DNA of 28,045 nucleotides from a virus (IMGVR_UViG_3300013132_000200:1-28045), one strand, 5' to 3'. Positions 8,128-15,776 are shown, counted from the stretch's first letter. Made by a program: numbers and translations. Notes: generated by a model not told the origin, from the sequence alone.

Positions 8128-8588
8128 TCAGCCTCAATAAAGTTTATGCGCTCAAAGTGAGTAGTAAGTATGACATCAATGTCAATGATGTCACCTTTTC
8201 TGTCAAGATACTGGGTGCCACCGCTGGAGCCAGTACGACTATCTAGGCAGTTCCAGTTAACTGTCATAAAGTATGACGATTGCAGCATTGCAAGATGCGA
8301 TGTCAGAAAGTCGAAAACATCACTTGCATAGTTGTCGCTATTCTCTGTGTCATAGCTAATAGTAAGCTTTGACCCCAAGTAGCTGTAGCCGAAAATGCAA
8401 TTGATCTTAAGGTAGCTACTGATAGCATTTACCACATCATCTGAATCCATGTTATCATCATCCAAGCTTTCTGGTGTCTCATCGGGATGATTCACTAGGT
8501 AGTCGTAAATAGATAATGCAAGCTCCTCAGCAGACTTAAAGCCTTCAATTTTGCAAGTAGCTGTAGCCGAAAATGCAGTGTAAGACAT
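8124..8588 (-). CDS. acidic hypothetical protein
   Basis: 154-aa ORF with GAGG ribosome-binding site upstream. Confidence 0.65.
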   Translation of the reverse strand: MSYTAFSATATCKIEGFKSAEELALSIYDYLVNHPDETPESLDDDNMDSDDVVNAISSYLKINCIFGYSYLGSKLTISYDTENSDNYASDVFDFLTSHLAMLQSSYFMTVNWNCLDSRTGSSGGTQYLDRKGDIIDIDVILTTHFERINFIEAE

Positions 8589-8607
8589 AATACCTCAGCG
8601 TGTAAAA

Positions 8608-9039
8608 TTAGCCAAACTCAAGGTAAACTTTGCCATTTCGACCATGATCTACATGGTTGGTGAAGCAATGAATCTCCTTCTCTTGATGTGCAAGTTCAGT
8701 GAGGATTCTGCCAACTTCAGGCTCCCAGTCAAACTCTTCCCAGAAGCCGCAACCATGACCATTCACAGTCAGGATGTAGTCATGCTCAAGGTAAAAGCCA
8801 CCAGAAGCAGAGCCTGTATAGAAGTCATCAATGAAAACCCAATCAGAGCCTTTGACCTTGGTGATCTCAGCCTCGGCTTTATCGACAAAAGCCTGGAAGT
8901 TCTGGTGCAGTTTGCTCAATGATTCAGTGTCAATGTCGTGAACTGAATACTCATCAAGCGAAGTGTCATCATCTGGTGCATCAATATCAGATGAGGACCA
9001 GAGCAAAGTTTCTGCAAGCTGTTGAAGTGATGGATTCAT
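8608..9039 (-). CDS. conserved phage hypothetical protein (LWSS...HDxxLTxNGHGxGFW family)
   Basis: motifs TLLWSS and EHDYILTVNGHGCGFWE. Confidence 0.75.
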   Translation of the reverse strand: MNPSLQQLAETLLWSSSDIDAPDDDTSLDEYSVHDIDTESLSKLHQNFQAFVDKAEAEITKVKGSDWVFIDDFYTGSASGGFYLEHDYILTVNGHGCGFWEEFDWEPEVGRILTELAHQEKEIHCFTNHVDHGRNGKVYLEFG

Positions 9040-9042
9040 AGT

Positions 9043-9432
9043 TCAGACTGCTTGGTAGGATTGAAGCTCATAGATACGACCTTCAATCTCGTTTATGAGA
9101 TCTTTGGCAATATCCTTGCAGTTGCTGCGGCTAAACAGCGAAGTCGTAAACCATTCGGGATGCCCGTAAGCTCCACCAGTGAAGCTGTTGTCTCCAGTTT
9201 GGAAGCTCCAGGTAATGCAGCTTTCGTCAAAGTCGAAGGTGCAGCCAATAGTCACGTAAACGTAAGGAACAGGATCGCTCGGATCAAAGTCATAGAAGTC
9301 TTGACGCAAGGCAGGCCAGTCTTCATTCTTTTTAATAGCAACAAGTAACCCATAAAGCTCTTGGCGCAAGCTCGGAAGTTGCTTGAGCAACTTTTGCACT
9401 GCTGGCGAAGTGTCGCAAACTGTAGCTGGCAT
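9043..9432 (-). CDS. conserved phage hypothetical protein (QTGDNSFTGGAY motif)
   Basis: ATG 9432 downstream of promoter cassette C; WSFQTGDNSFTGGAYGHPEW. Confidence 0.7.
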   Translation of the reverse strand: MPATVCDTSPAVQKLLKQLPSLRQELYGLLVAIKKNEDWPALRQDFYDFDPSDPVPYVYVTIGCTFDFDESCITWSFQTGDNSFTGGAYGHPEWFTTSLFSRSNCKDIAKDLINEIEGRIYELQSYQAV

Positions 9433-9456
9433 AGCCTGTAAAGTGTAGGGTTGACA

Positions 9457-9555
9457 GCCGGTTTGCCTGTAAGCTCCCCGACAGATCCACAATACCATGC
9501 CAGCCCCAGATATGCAAGCGAACAGCTCTGATAAGTTAGCTGACTGTAACAGTAA
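9457..9555 (-). promoter_or_regulatory. promoter cassette C
   Basis: TTGCAT(9517-9512)-17 nt-TG-extended TATTGT(9494-9489); box 9535-9555; leader GUCGGGGAGCUUACAGGCAAACCGGC. Confidence 0.8.
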
Positions 9556-9654
9556 AGTAGGCGAGCCGCTTGCCAGCAAAGTTCCCGCCCAATCCCACAA
9601 CTTTTAATCGTACCTCGCAATGTTGCGCGATAGTGAATATGCAATCTTTAAGCT

Positions 9655-9885
9655 TTATCTTGGCACAATGGAATCACCACAGTGGTCACACTTTAATGTG
9701 TAAGGTGTTTTGTTTACATTGTCAGCTTTAATAAACCAAAGCGAATCAAGTGCAAATCTTTTTCGCTCTGTTCCGCAACATTTACTGCAAATCTTAAAAC
9801 CTCCAACAGTGTAAACGTATCTAAACTTTTGATTGCTTGCGAACGTGATCTCGGCAAGCCTTAGGCTTTGGGATGCAACCGTCAT
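9655..9885 (-). CDS. small Cys-rich (Zn-binding?) hypothetical protein
   Basis: CSKC and CDHCG motifs; ATG 9885. Confidence 0.55.
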   Translation of the reverse strand: MTVASQSLRLAEITFASNQKFRYVYTVGGFKICSKCCGTERKRFALDSLWFIKADNVNKTPYTLKCDHCGDSIVPR

Positions 9886-10063
9886 CAATGTTTTCTTTAA
9901 TTTGTTTGTAGAGCTTTTTAATCCGCGTTTGACATTCTTCCCAATCGCTTCTTCTAGGTGGAGAGCCTCCATCCCACAACATTGAAATAAAGTGTGGACC
10001 AGCTTTGTAAAAAAATTTTAGTGCTACAAGTAAAAGTCGCTTCTCAAAGTTAGTAAATTCCAT
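9821..10063 (-). CDS. hypothetical protein
   Basis: ATG 10063 right after kinase stop. Confidence 0.55.
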   Translation of the reverse strand: MEFTNFEKRLLLVALKFFYKAGPHFISMLWDGGSPPRRSDWEECQTRIKKLYKQIKENIDDGCIPKPKACRDHVRKQSKV

Positions 10064-10064
10064 C

Positions 10065-10601
10065 TTACGATGCAATGACTTGAATAGTCGTGCACAGCTC
10101 CTCTAAAGTGCCATTGTTTTCAACTACAAAATCCCATTCGTGAAAATCTCGCAAAAGAACGTCCGATGAATGGCTATCTTCCCTAAAAGTATTGCGCACA
10201 ATTTTAACTAACTTAAAATCGTAATAGCGAAGCAATCTTAGTTCATTCGGAAACCTAACATCATCAATGCAAATTAAAGTTTGTGCATGAATGATCTTTT
10301 GTTCAGCAATTCTTACCCATATATCAGGATCAATGAGATTCCGTCCCCACTCAGTTCCAAGTGTTCTGGCAAGGTGCCTGTAGCTAGCGCCAAGAACTTC
10401 AATGTTTTGTTCTTTGCCTTCATTCAAAAACCAATGAATTTCATTGTAAGAATATCCACTAGAGTGAAGCAATCTCTCAATCATAAATCTGAGAGGATCT
10501 GCAAATGAGATCTTCATGTAATCAAAGTTGTCTACCAAGAATTTTGCAGCAGTGCTCTTGCCTTGCTGGGGTGTAGACGACCAAAAAGCAATGTTTCTCA
10601 T
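10065..10601 (-). CDS. deoxynucleoside monophosphate kinase (phage dNMP kinase family)
   Basis: P-loop QQGKST, FADPL, LGTEWGR, DDVRFPNE, HSSD, NNGTLEEL. Confidence 0.88.
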   Translation of the reverse strand: MRNIAFWSSTPQQGKSTAAKFLVDNFDYMKISFADPLRFMIERLLHSSGYSYNEIHWFLNEGKEQNIEVLGASYRHLARTLGTEWGRNLIDPDIWVRIAEQKIIHAQTLICIDDVRFPNELRLLRYYDFKLVKIVRNTFREDSHSSDVLLRDFHEWDFVVENNGTLEELCTTIQVIAS

Positions 10602-10603
10602 TG

Positions 10604-11023
10604 TTAAGTCGCTTCGTATATGTAGAAGTTAATTGCAAAGTCTGACTCTTGCACTGGTCTAGTGCTCGAATAGAAAAACGGATCAAACCAAGTGTTTTCT
10701 ATCTCAGTGCAAGCATCAAGATAGTCTTGGTCGATGTTATCTACGCATTTCAAGCTGGCAGCTTGAATGGGCAAATCTAAGTTCTTGAGTTTAGCTTCAG
10801 CTAACCTAAGCCAAAACAGCAACTTGCTACCAAGCGTGGTGAATGGCCCTTTCTTGCAGGTCTCCCAGGCCCAGCCAGAAACCATGTTCTGTCTTTGAGT
10901 TTGGCAAAAAACCTGCCAAGCAAAAATACCGTGCTCCATGCCAACAGCTTCCTGGACGGGTTCAAGCTCCCAATCCAGTTCTCTGGGGCAATCAAGCTTC
11001 CAGTTGTCGTATCCTTGTATCAT
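10604..11023 (-). CDS. hypothetical protein
   Basis: 139-aa ORF starting GYDNWKL. Confidence 0.6.
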   Translation of the reverse strand: MIQGYDNWKLDCPRELDWELEPVQEAVGMEHGIFAWQVFCQTQRQNMVSGWAWETCKKGPFTTLGSKLLFWLRLAEAKLKNLDLPIQAASLKCVDNIDQDYLDACTEIENTWFDPFFYSSTRPVQESDFAINFYIYEAT

Positions 11024-11059
11024 GGCGTGAATGTGGCCTTGTAGTTGAGCAGACCCATC

Positions 11060-11200
11060 CTACCACTCACCCTGTTGGATGCAAGACAAGAAAACCGCTC
11101 CAGGGCCAGCCAACTCTTTTGCACACTTAATAGCCGCAGAAAGACTGGAGGCAACAACGTTAAAAGTTGCATGGCCAAAGGTCACTGAATAGCTTTTCAT
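11060..11200 (-). CDS. small hypothetical protein (46 aa)
   Basis: hand-translated MKSYSVTFGH...SCIQQGEW; TAATG coupling. Confidence 0.55.
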   Translation of the reverse strand: MKSYSVTFGHATFNVVASSLSAAIKCAKELAGPGAVFLSCIQQGEW

Positions 11201-11475
11201 TAAAGAGACTGCGCTTTTCTGATACATTCAGCAATTAAACGAGATTTTTGCTTTCGACAAACTTCAACAGACAGGTTGTCAAGCTTGCCGATAGCGATTA
11301 CCTCAAGCAAGTGATTTACCTTGACGCACCTCAGGTTAAGGCACCTGTCCATAGAAGAGAAGAAGCCGTAGTACCAACGAAATTTGCCAAGATTGTTTAC
11401 AGGCCCCAGCAAAGTTGTATGCGGTCCCTGCTTTGCTGGCCAATTCAATCCTTTGACTTGAATTACAGTGTCCAT
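11200..11475 (-). CDS. hypothetical protein
   Basis: ORF collinear with array. Confidence 0.55.
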   Translation of the reverse strand: MDTVIQVKGLNWPAKQGPHTTLLGPVNNLGKFRWYYGFFSSMDRCLNLRCVKVNHLLEVIAIGKLDNLSVEVCRKQKSRLIAECIRKAQSL

Positions 11476-11651
11476 TGACGATTCCTCAATTCATTCCTGC
11501 AGGCTTTGACGAGCTGAGCATTGTGGCCATGGCCAGCAGCATGGTACTTCAAATCACAAGTTGAAAGTAACTTTGCTTTCTGACGATGAAATTTCCATTG
11601 CTGGCTGCGCAGTTGAAGCCGATTGCATTGCTCAATAATCCAGTCAATCAT
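11463..11651 (-). CDS. hypothetical protein
   Basis: ATG 11651 (MIDWIIEQ...) preferred over the longer ORF-track start. Confidence 0.5.
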   Translation of the reverse strand: MIDWIIEQCNRLQLRSQQWKFHRQKAKLLSTCDLKYHAAGHGHNAQLVKACRNELRNRQWTL

Positions 11652-11746
11652 GGGGAAAATTTTTTGTCGAATTGAGTTTTTGATGGCTAATTTTGCCAGA
11701 ATTGACGAGTGATGCCCGGATGCGCTCCGGGCGGGCGGTGGTGGGG

Positions 11747-12094
11747 TCAGGCAGCGGCCAGGGCCTCCTCCTCTGGCATGAGACGGCCTAGCTCGCGCCA
11801 AGCGTCCTCATGGGTGCCACAGGGCGCGTGCCAGCCCTCCAGGCCCACAGGAGAGTCTTCCTCCTGCAGCTCTTCCCAGCCAGCCTGGTGGCGAATCTTT
11901 TCGATCTCCAGCAGACGCCAGTAGGCATTGGCCCAGCCCAGGAACTGGGCATCGCTCCAGTAACAGAGGCCTCGGTCAAAGCCGGGAAGATGCACCCAGT
12001 AGGTCTGCTCGCCTAGGCCAGTAACATGCGAACGAGGTTGATAGCCCGCAGCTTCGCAAGCTGCAAGCGCTTGATCAACAGTGTTGAAAGTCAT
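11747..12094 (-). CDS. hypothetical protein (GC-rich gene)
   Basis: ATG 12094 (MTFNTVDQAL...) just after upstream stop. Confidence 0.65.
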   Translation of the reverse strand: MTFNTVDQALAACEAAGYQPRSHVTGLGEQTYWVHLPGFDRGLCYWSDAQFLGWANAYWRLLEIEKIRHQAGWEELQEEDSPVGLEGWHAPCGTHEDAWRELGRLMPEEEALAAA

Positions 12095-12098
12095 TGGT

Positions 12099-12263
12099 TC
12101 AGCCTTTAGGAAATTCGGTGTACTCTTTAACGTAGTGAGGGAAAGCGTCAAGAAGTATCTTGTAATTTTTTGGATCTGCGGCGACCATGGCATCAGCAAG
12201 TTTCGATATGAAATTGCCGCCATACCGACGCATATTGTCCACAAGGGGGAATTTAGGTGTCAT
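12099..12263 (-). CDS. small conserved phage hypothetical protein
   Basis: M.RYGGNF...LADA...AD..N...L..AFP pattern; ATG 12263. Confidence 0.7.
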   Translation of the reverse strand: MTPKFPLVDNMRRYGGNFISKLADAMVAADPKNYKILLDAFPHYVKEYTEFPKG

Positions 12264-12301
12264 AGCAGTGAATGGATGTAGCGCTGTCTTGCAGCTTATC
12301 A

Positions 12302-12331
12302 ATCTTATAGAGCGGACTGGGCATCTGTCAA
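12302..12331 (-). promoter_or_regulatory. sigma70 promoter
   Basis: TTGACA-18 nt-TAAGAT in intergenic gap. Confidence 0.6.
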
Positions 12332-12360
12332 GCTTTGCCGTCCAGCAGAGATACGAGTCA

Positions 12361-12900
12361 TCAGTTTTCAGTTCCAACCCATTGGGTTTCCCATTGGGGA
12401 TAGGCCTTCCCAGTTGGCTGTATGCCACAATCCGTCCACTTAAGCTGCTTAACAAATGCAAGGTCCAGCATTTCATCGAAACTGGAAGGAATCATCTTTC
12501 CACCATAGGGTGCGTCTTTGTTAATCATTACATAATACTTGTATTTTGTTGGGTTGTACTTGTTTCTGAATTTTACGAAATAATCTTGGCACCGAATAAA
12601 AAAAGCTTCAAATGCGCTAAGCTTTTTTTCTTGTGCTGCTTGAATGTAGTATTCACGAGCGCCTAGTCTGCAGAAAGTTTCAATAAAATGAGAACCCTCT
12701 GGCTTGAGAATCCAGATGAAAACATGGTCTTCAGGAACACATGAAAGCGCATACTTGTCGTCAAGCGCAACTGATGTCCAATTTTGTTGAACTTCAGTTT
12801 CAGCTTCAATCATCATCTTGTCATGAAAATTGAACAAGTAGTGATCAAAGCGTTCGCGTTCGGCTTGGCTCGGGAGGGGGTCGCTGGTTTGCTGAGGCAT
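12361..12900 (-). CDS. hypothetical protein
   Basis: ATG 12900 downstream of a promoter. Confidence 0.65.
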   Translation of the reverse strand: MPQQTSDPLPSQAERERFDHYLFNFHDKMMIEAETEVQQNWTSVALDDKYALSCVPEDHVFIWILKPEGSHFIETFCRLGAREYYIQAAQEKKLSAFEAFFIRCQDYFVKFRNKYNPTKYKYYVMINKDAPYGGKMIPSSFDEMLDLAFVKQLKWTDCGIQPTGKAYPQWETQWVGTEN

Positions 12901-12923
12901 GACTGGTTTAAGTGGACCTAGGC

Positions 12924-12952
12924 ATCCTATCAAAACGCTGGGCCTATAGCAA
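12924..12952 (-). promoter_or_regulatory. sigma70 promoter
   Basis: TTGCTA-17 nt-TG-extended TAGGAT. Confidence 0.65.
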
Positions 12953-12983
12953 GCCGAATTGGCGATTCATAACAAAACTTATT

Positions 12984-13523
12984 TTACAGGTCTGGAACAG
13001 GCGGTAGCATAAGGCACGGATAGAGACAGCGATCTGCCAGCCGCGACCAGTTATCCAACACACGATACAGCGGCTCGAATGGCTCTGTCATAACATAACC
13101 TCCTTTCGAGTAAGGACAAAGCCAATTAGCTACAAGGTTGTCAACGTAAATTCTTGGATACTCGTATCGAGTTCCAATCCAAATTACACCACTATCGACT
13201 GGCCTTGTTTTTTCCATGCACCTTACAAAGGGATAGAATGCACCTTCAAGAGCAAACTTGTGAATCGTGTACATTCCACCCCAAGCAAGCTGGGAAAAAT
13301 TTTTTGCATTTTCAGAAAAATACTCCTCTGACAGGAATTTTAGCTTGCAATATTTTTGAATCTCAAACTCAGAAGCATAGCAATCTTTTATTCTGACAAG
13401 CAATGTTCGATCAGGGCACAACGCTTTCTTGCACAATGCAAAACGATTATCGGTTTGGCTTGCGGTAAACATCGGCCAACCATGCTTATTGATTTTTTCG
13501 TGATACCTTACAGCTCTTGCCAT
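12984..13523 (-). CDS. hypothetical protein
   Basis: 179-aa ORF. Confidence 0.6.
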   Translation of the reverse strand: MARAVRYHEKINKHGWPMFTASQTDNRFALCKKALCPDRTLLVRIKDCYASEFEIQKYCKLKFLSEEYFSENAKNFSQLAWGGMYTIHKFALEGAFYPFVRCMEKTRPVDSGVIWIGTRYEYPRIYVDNLVANWLCPYSKGGYVMTEPFEPLYRVLDNWSRLADRCLYPCLMLPPVPDL

Positions 13524-13870
13524 GGTTTTGCTTCTTTGAAAGGGTATCGCTCTTGATATTCTTTTATTTCCTTAATGTTGTAAGTAGCTACAATAGTTCT
13601 CAAAAGATAACTATTGAGTCCCGTTGAATATTTTGCAGGGTCCAGCAGGTTAAGCCAGTCCAACATTTCTTTTGATTTCTTGGCACATAAAGACCAGTAT
13701 CTCCGAAGAGAAGCCGCTTCCTGAGGCGCAACAGTTTTTGCAACCATGCCGGAGTAAGGACATATAAACTCAGAGACACCTGGAGCGCCATACCCTCTTA
13801 CGCAGTAAAGTTTATACCATTTGTATTTAGCCCTGCTGGAAGCTTTTTTGATTTGAATAGATAACTTCAT
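13508..13870 (-). CDS. basic hypothetical protein
   Basis: ATG 13870 lies 6 nt after TATAAT (possible leaderless mRNA). Confidence 0.55.
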   Translation of the reverse strand: MKLSIQIKKASSRAKYKWYKLYCVRGYGAPGVSEFICPYSGMVAKTVAPQEAASLRRYWSLCAKKSKEMLDWLNLLDPAKYSTGLNSYLLRTIVATYNIKEIKEYQERYPFKEAKPWQEL

Positions 13871-14003
13871 TTTTATATTATAGATTGCTCTGTGTTTCCA
13901 GTGATGAGTGCCAATCCAGGGTGATTTCGGTGCTGGCTGGTCAGGCGGGACAATAGTGATTTTGAACGGAAATCGCTTCTTTCCCTTTACTGTCCTCGCC
14001 ACC

Positions 14004-14032
14004 TTGCAGAAAACATCGACGAGCAATAGGAT
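14004..14032 (+). promoter_or_regulatory. sigma70 promoter (possible leaderless transcript)
   Basis: TTGCAG-17 nt-TAGGAT, ATG at 14040. Confidence 0.5.
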
Positions 14033-14039
14033 ACCGCTT

Positions 14040-14309
14040 ATGAGGTCGTCTTCTTACCAATTCACGATCCTTCGAGGCGGGGATACCCCTGTCCTAGGAG
14101 TTTTGCGCGATTGGCGGGGAGGCAACGAAACTGCTCTTCAGCACCTAGAGAAAGCCTACCCAGATTGGACTCAAATCACAATCCAAAGAATCAATGGGCC
14201 TGCCACTAAGTCAGCCAGACGAAGAAGAAATTTTAGGCGCTTACAAAAAAACAGAACTAGCCATCAATCAGTGTGTAGCATCATTCGAGGCTCTTGTAGC
14301 CGTACTTGA
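14040..14309 (+). CDS. hypothetical protein
   Basis: ORF directly after promoter. Confidence 0.45.
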   Translation: MRSSSYQFTILRGGDTPVLGVLRDWRGGNETALQHLEKAYPDWTQITIQRINGPATKSARRRRNFRRLQKNRTSHQSVCSIIRGSCSRT

Positions 14310-14478
14310 GCAAAAAATTGCCTGCCTAGACGAAAGCTCAAAAAAAGAGCTAGGGAACTCTTTTGCTATGATCGGCTCTAGTATGTTTCGGCTTGGCGTT
14401 CTTCGCTATAAAGTAGAAAAAGCCGGCCTGCATGAAAGAAAGTTTCGAGCTAGGAGTTCCACTCCTCTACCGCCTTAG
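14194..14478 (+). CDS. hypothetical helical protein
   Basis: 94-aa ORF with amphipathic helical composition. Confidence 0.5.
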   Translation: MGLPLSQPDEEEILGAYKKTELAINQCVASFEALVAVLEQKIACLDESSKKELGNSFAMIGSSMFRLGVLRYKVEKAGLHERKFRARSSTPLPP

Positions 14479-14489
14479 AAATTGCTTTT

Positions 14490-14864
14490 TTATACGAAAC
14501 TCTTTTGATAACAAGCGCAGTCATCCGCAAAGAAACCACCAGCTTCAGGGAAGCCCATACCACACTTGCCATGTTCCCAATGATTACAGCTAATGCAATT
14601 AAGCCGTGGCTCTTTCGCAATCGCTGAATCATCGCCCAGCAGAATAGTGCAAATTTTATCGACGGCCTGTAATTGTTTATATCGCAACTGAGAGATTTCG
14701 TATGTGGTCTCACGGTTTCCGCAGCTCAAGCAATGCTTGCGCCTGCGTATCGCGTTGTTGTTAAATCGTGTTTCAATGACTCGCAATTCTTTAGCGCCGC
14801 AGTTCAAGCAGGTGAACGGGAGGTGATCTCGGGCGATGTCGATGGGCCTCCGTTCACAGGACAT
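14490..14864 (-). CDS. NrdR-like N-terminal Zn-ribbon protein (no ATP cone)
   Basis: CLNCG..LRVIETR....IRRRKHCLSCGNRETTYE matches the NrdR N-terminus; extra C-terminal Cys cluster. Confidence 0.7.
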   Translation of the reverse strand: MSCERRPIDIARDHLPFTCLNCGAKELRVIETRFNNNAIRRRKHCLSCGNRETTYEISQLRYKQLQAVDKICTILLGDDSAIAKEPRLNCISCNHWEHGKCGMGFPEAGGFFADDCACYQKSFV

Positions 14865-14919
14865 TTTGAGGCACTCCATTTGCGAGTCAACGGCAAATCT
14901 AGCGTCAAAGTCTATTTCG

Positions 14920-15153
14920 CTATTGATGGCAGTTATTGTCAACAACATACTTGGCTGCTGCCGATGTATCTGCATCACGGCCAGACGCTGGACGGCTCGC
15001 ATCAAAGCTGTAGTCAACTGCCGCCTTTCTGGCTGGAGCAGCATCAACATTCATTTTGCGCAACTCGCAAAATCGCTGACCATACATGACTGGATCAATA
15101 GATTGAGCCATAGATGGCGCTGAAAGCATTAGCAGAATTACAATAAGTTTCAT
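14920..15153 (-). CDS. small secreted hypothetical protein
   Basis: signal-peptide-like N-terminus MKLIVILLMLSAPSMA. Confidence 0.65.
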   Translation of the reverse strand: MKLIVILLMLSAPSMAQSIDPVMYGQRFCELRKMNVDAAPARKAAVDYSFDASRPASGRDADTSAAAKYVVDNNCHQ

Positions 15154-15371
15154 TTGATTTCAGGTAATTTAAGATTAGTTTGTGTGTGCTGGGTTTTTCT
15201 TAAGGCGCTGGAGATTTGATCCAAACGATCTTCCAGTTCGCCCAGATAGTTAAACAATCGTTCATAAACTAAGCCTTCGTTTTTCATTAGTCGCTTAGCT
15301 ACGCGCTTGCCTGGATCAGTCAAATTTACTGAATCGAGTACGCGCTGTTTTGCTGATTTGAATAGTCTCAT
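15150..15371 (-). CDS. hypothetical protein
   Basis: ORF, ATGA overlap. Confidence 0.6.
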   Translation of the reverse strand: MRLFKSAKQRVLDSVNLTDPGKRVAKRLMKNEGLVYERLFNYLGELEDRLDQISSALRKTQHTQTNLKLPEIK

Positions 15372-15377
15372 GGTTGA

Positions 15378-15776
15378 CTAAAATAAGTCAGTTAAATCAG
15401 GCTTTTTGTAGTTCGGTCCTTTCATGACTTTGCCAGAAGCATTGTAAATGGGCTTGCCATTGTCATCTAGTTTGCTCATGTTAGAAGCATGAACCCTGTC
15501 AAGAGCTGCTTCAAGGTCAACGTTCAAAAAAGCCGCCATTTGATAGCAAACATAAACTAAGTCCGCAAGCTCCTTGAGAGCATGGGCCTTTGCTGCCCTG
15601 CTGGGCACAGCCGTCCACTCTTCAATGGCTTCTTTGAACTCATCAGCTTCTTCTTGAATTAAGCCAAGCTGCATACTAAGCCTGGAAATATCTTCAAACT
15701 TAATCGCAGCCTCTGGATGAAGACTGGGTTGTGCAAATTTACGGCGAAATTCCAGCGCTTGAGAAAGATGTGTCAT
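15378..15776 (-). CDS. MazG-like / PRA-PH nucleotide pyrophosphohydrolase
   Basis: IQEEADE, KELADLVYV, VHASNMSKL...GKVMKGPNY..PDL. Confidence 0.88.
   Translation of the reverse strand: MTHLSQALEFRRKFAQPSLHPEAAIKFEDISRLSMQLGLIQEEADEFKEAIEEWTAVPSRAAKAHALKELADLVYVCYQMAAFLNVDLEAALDRVHASNMSKLDDNGKPIYNASGKVMKGPNYKKPDLTDLF

Noticed and set aside
9433-9600. N-terminal extensions in the ORF track (9043-9600, 11463-11801, 12099-12476, 13508-14026, 14490-15050, 15837-16571)
   Set aside because: They run through promoters or neighbouring genes; shorter starts were chosen.
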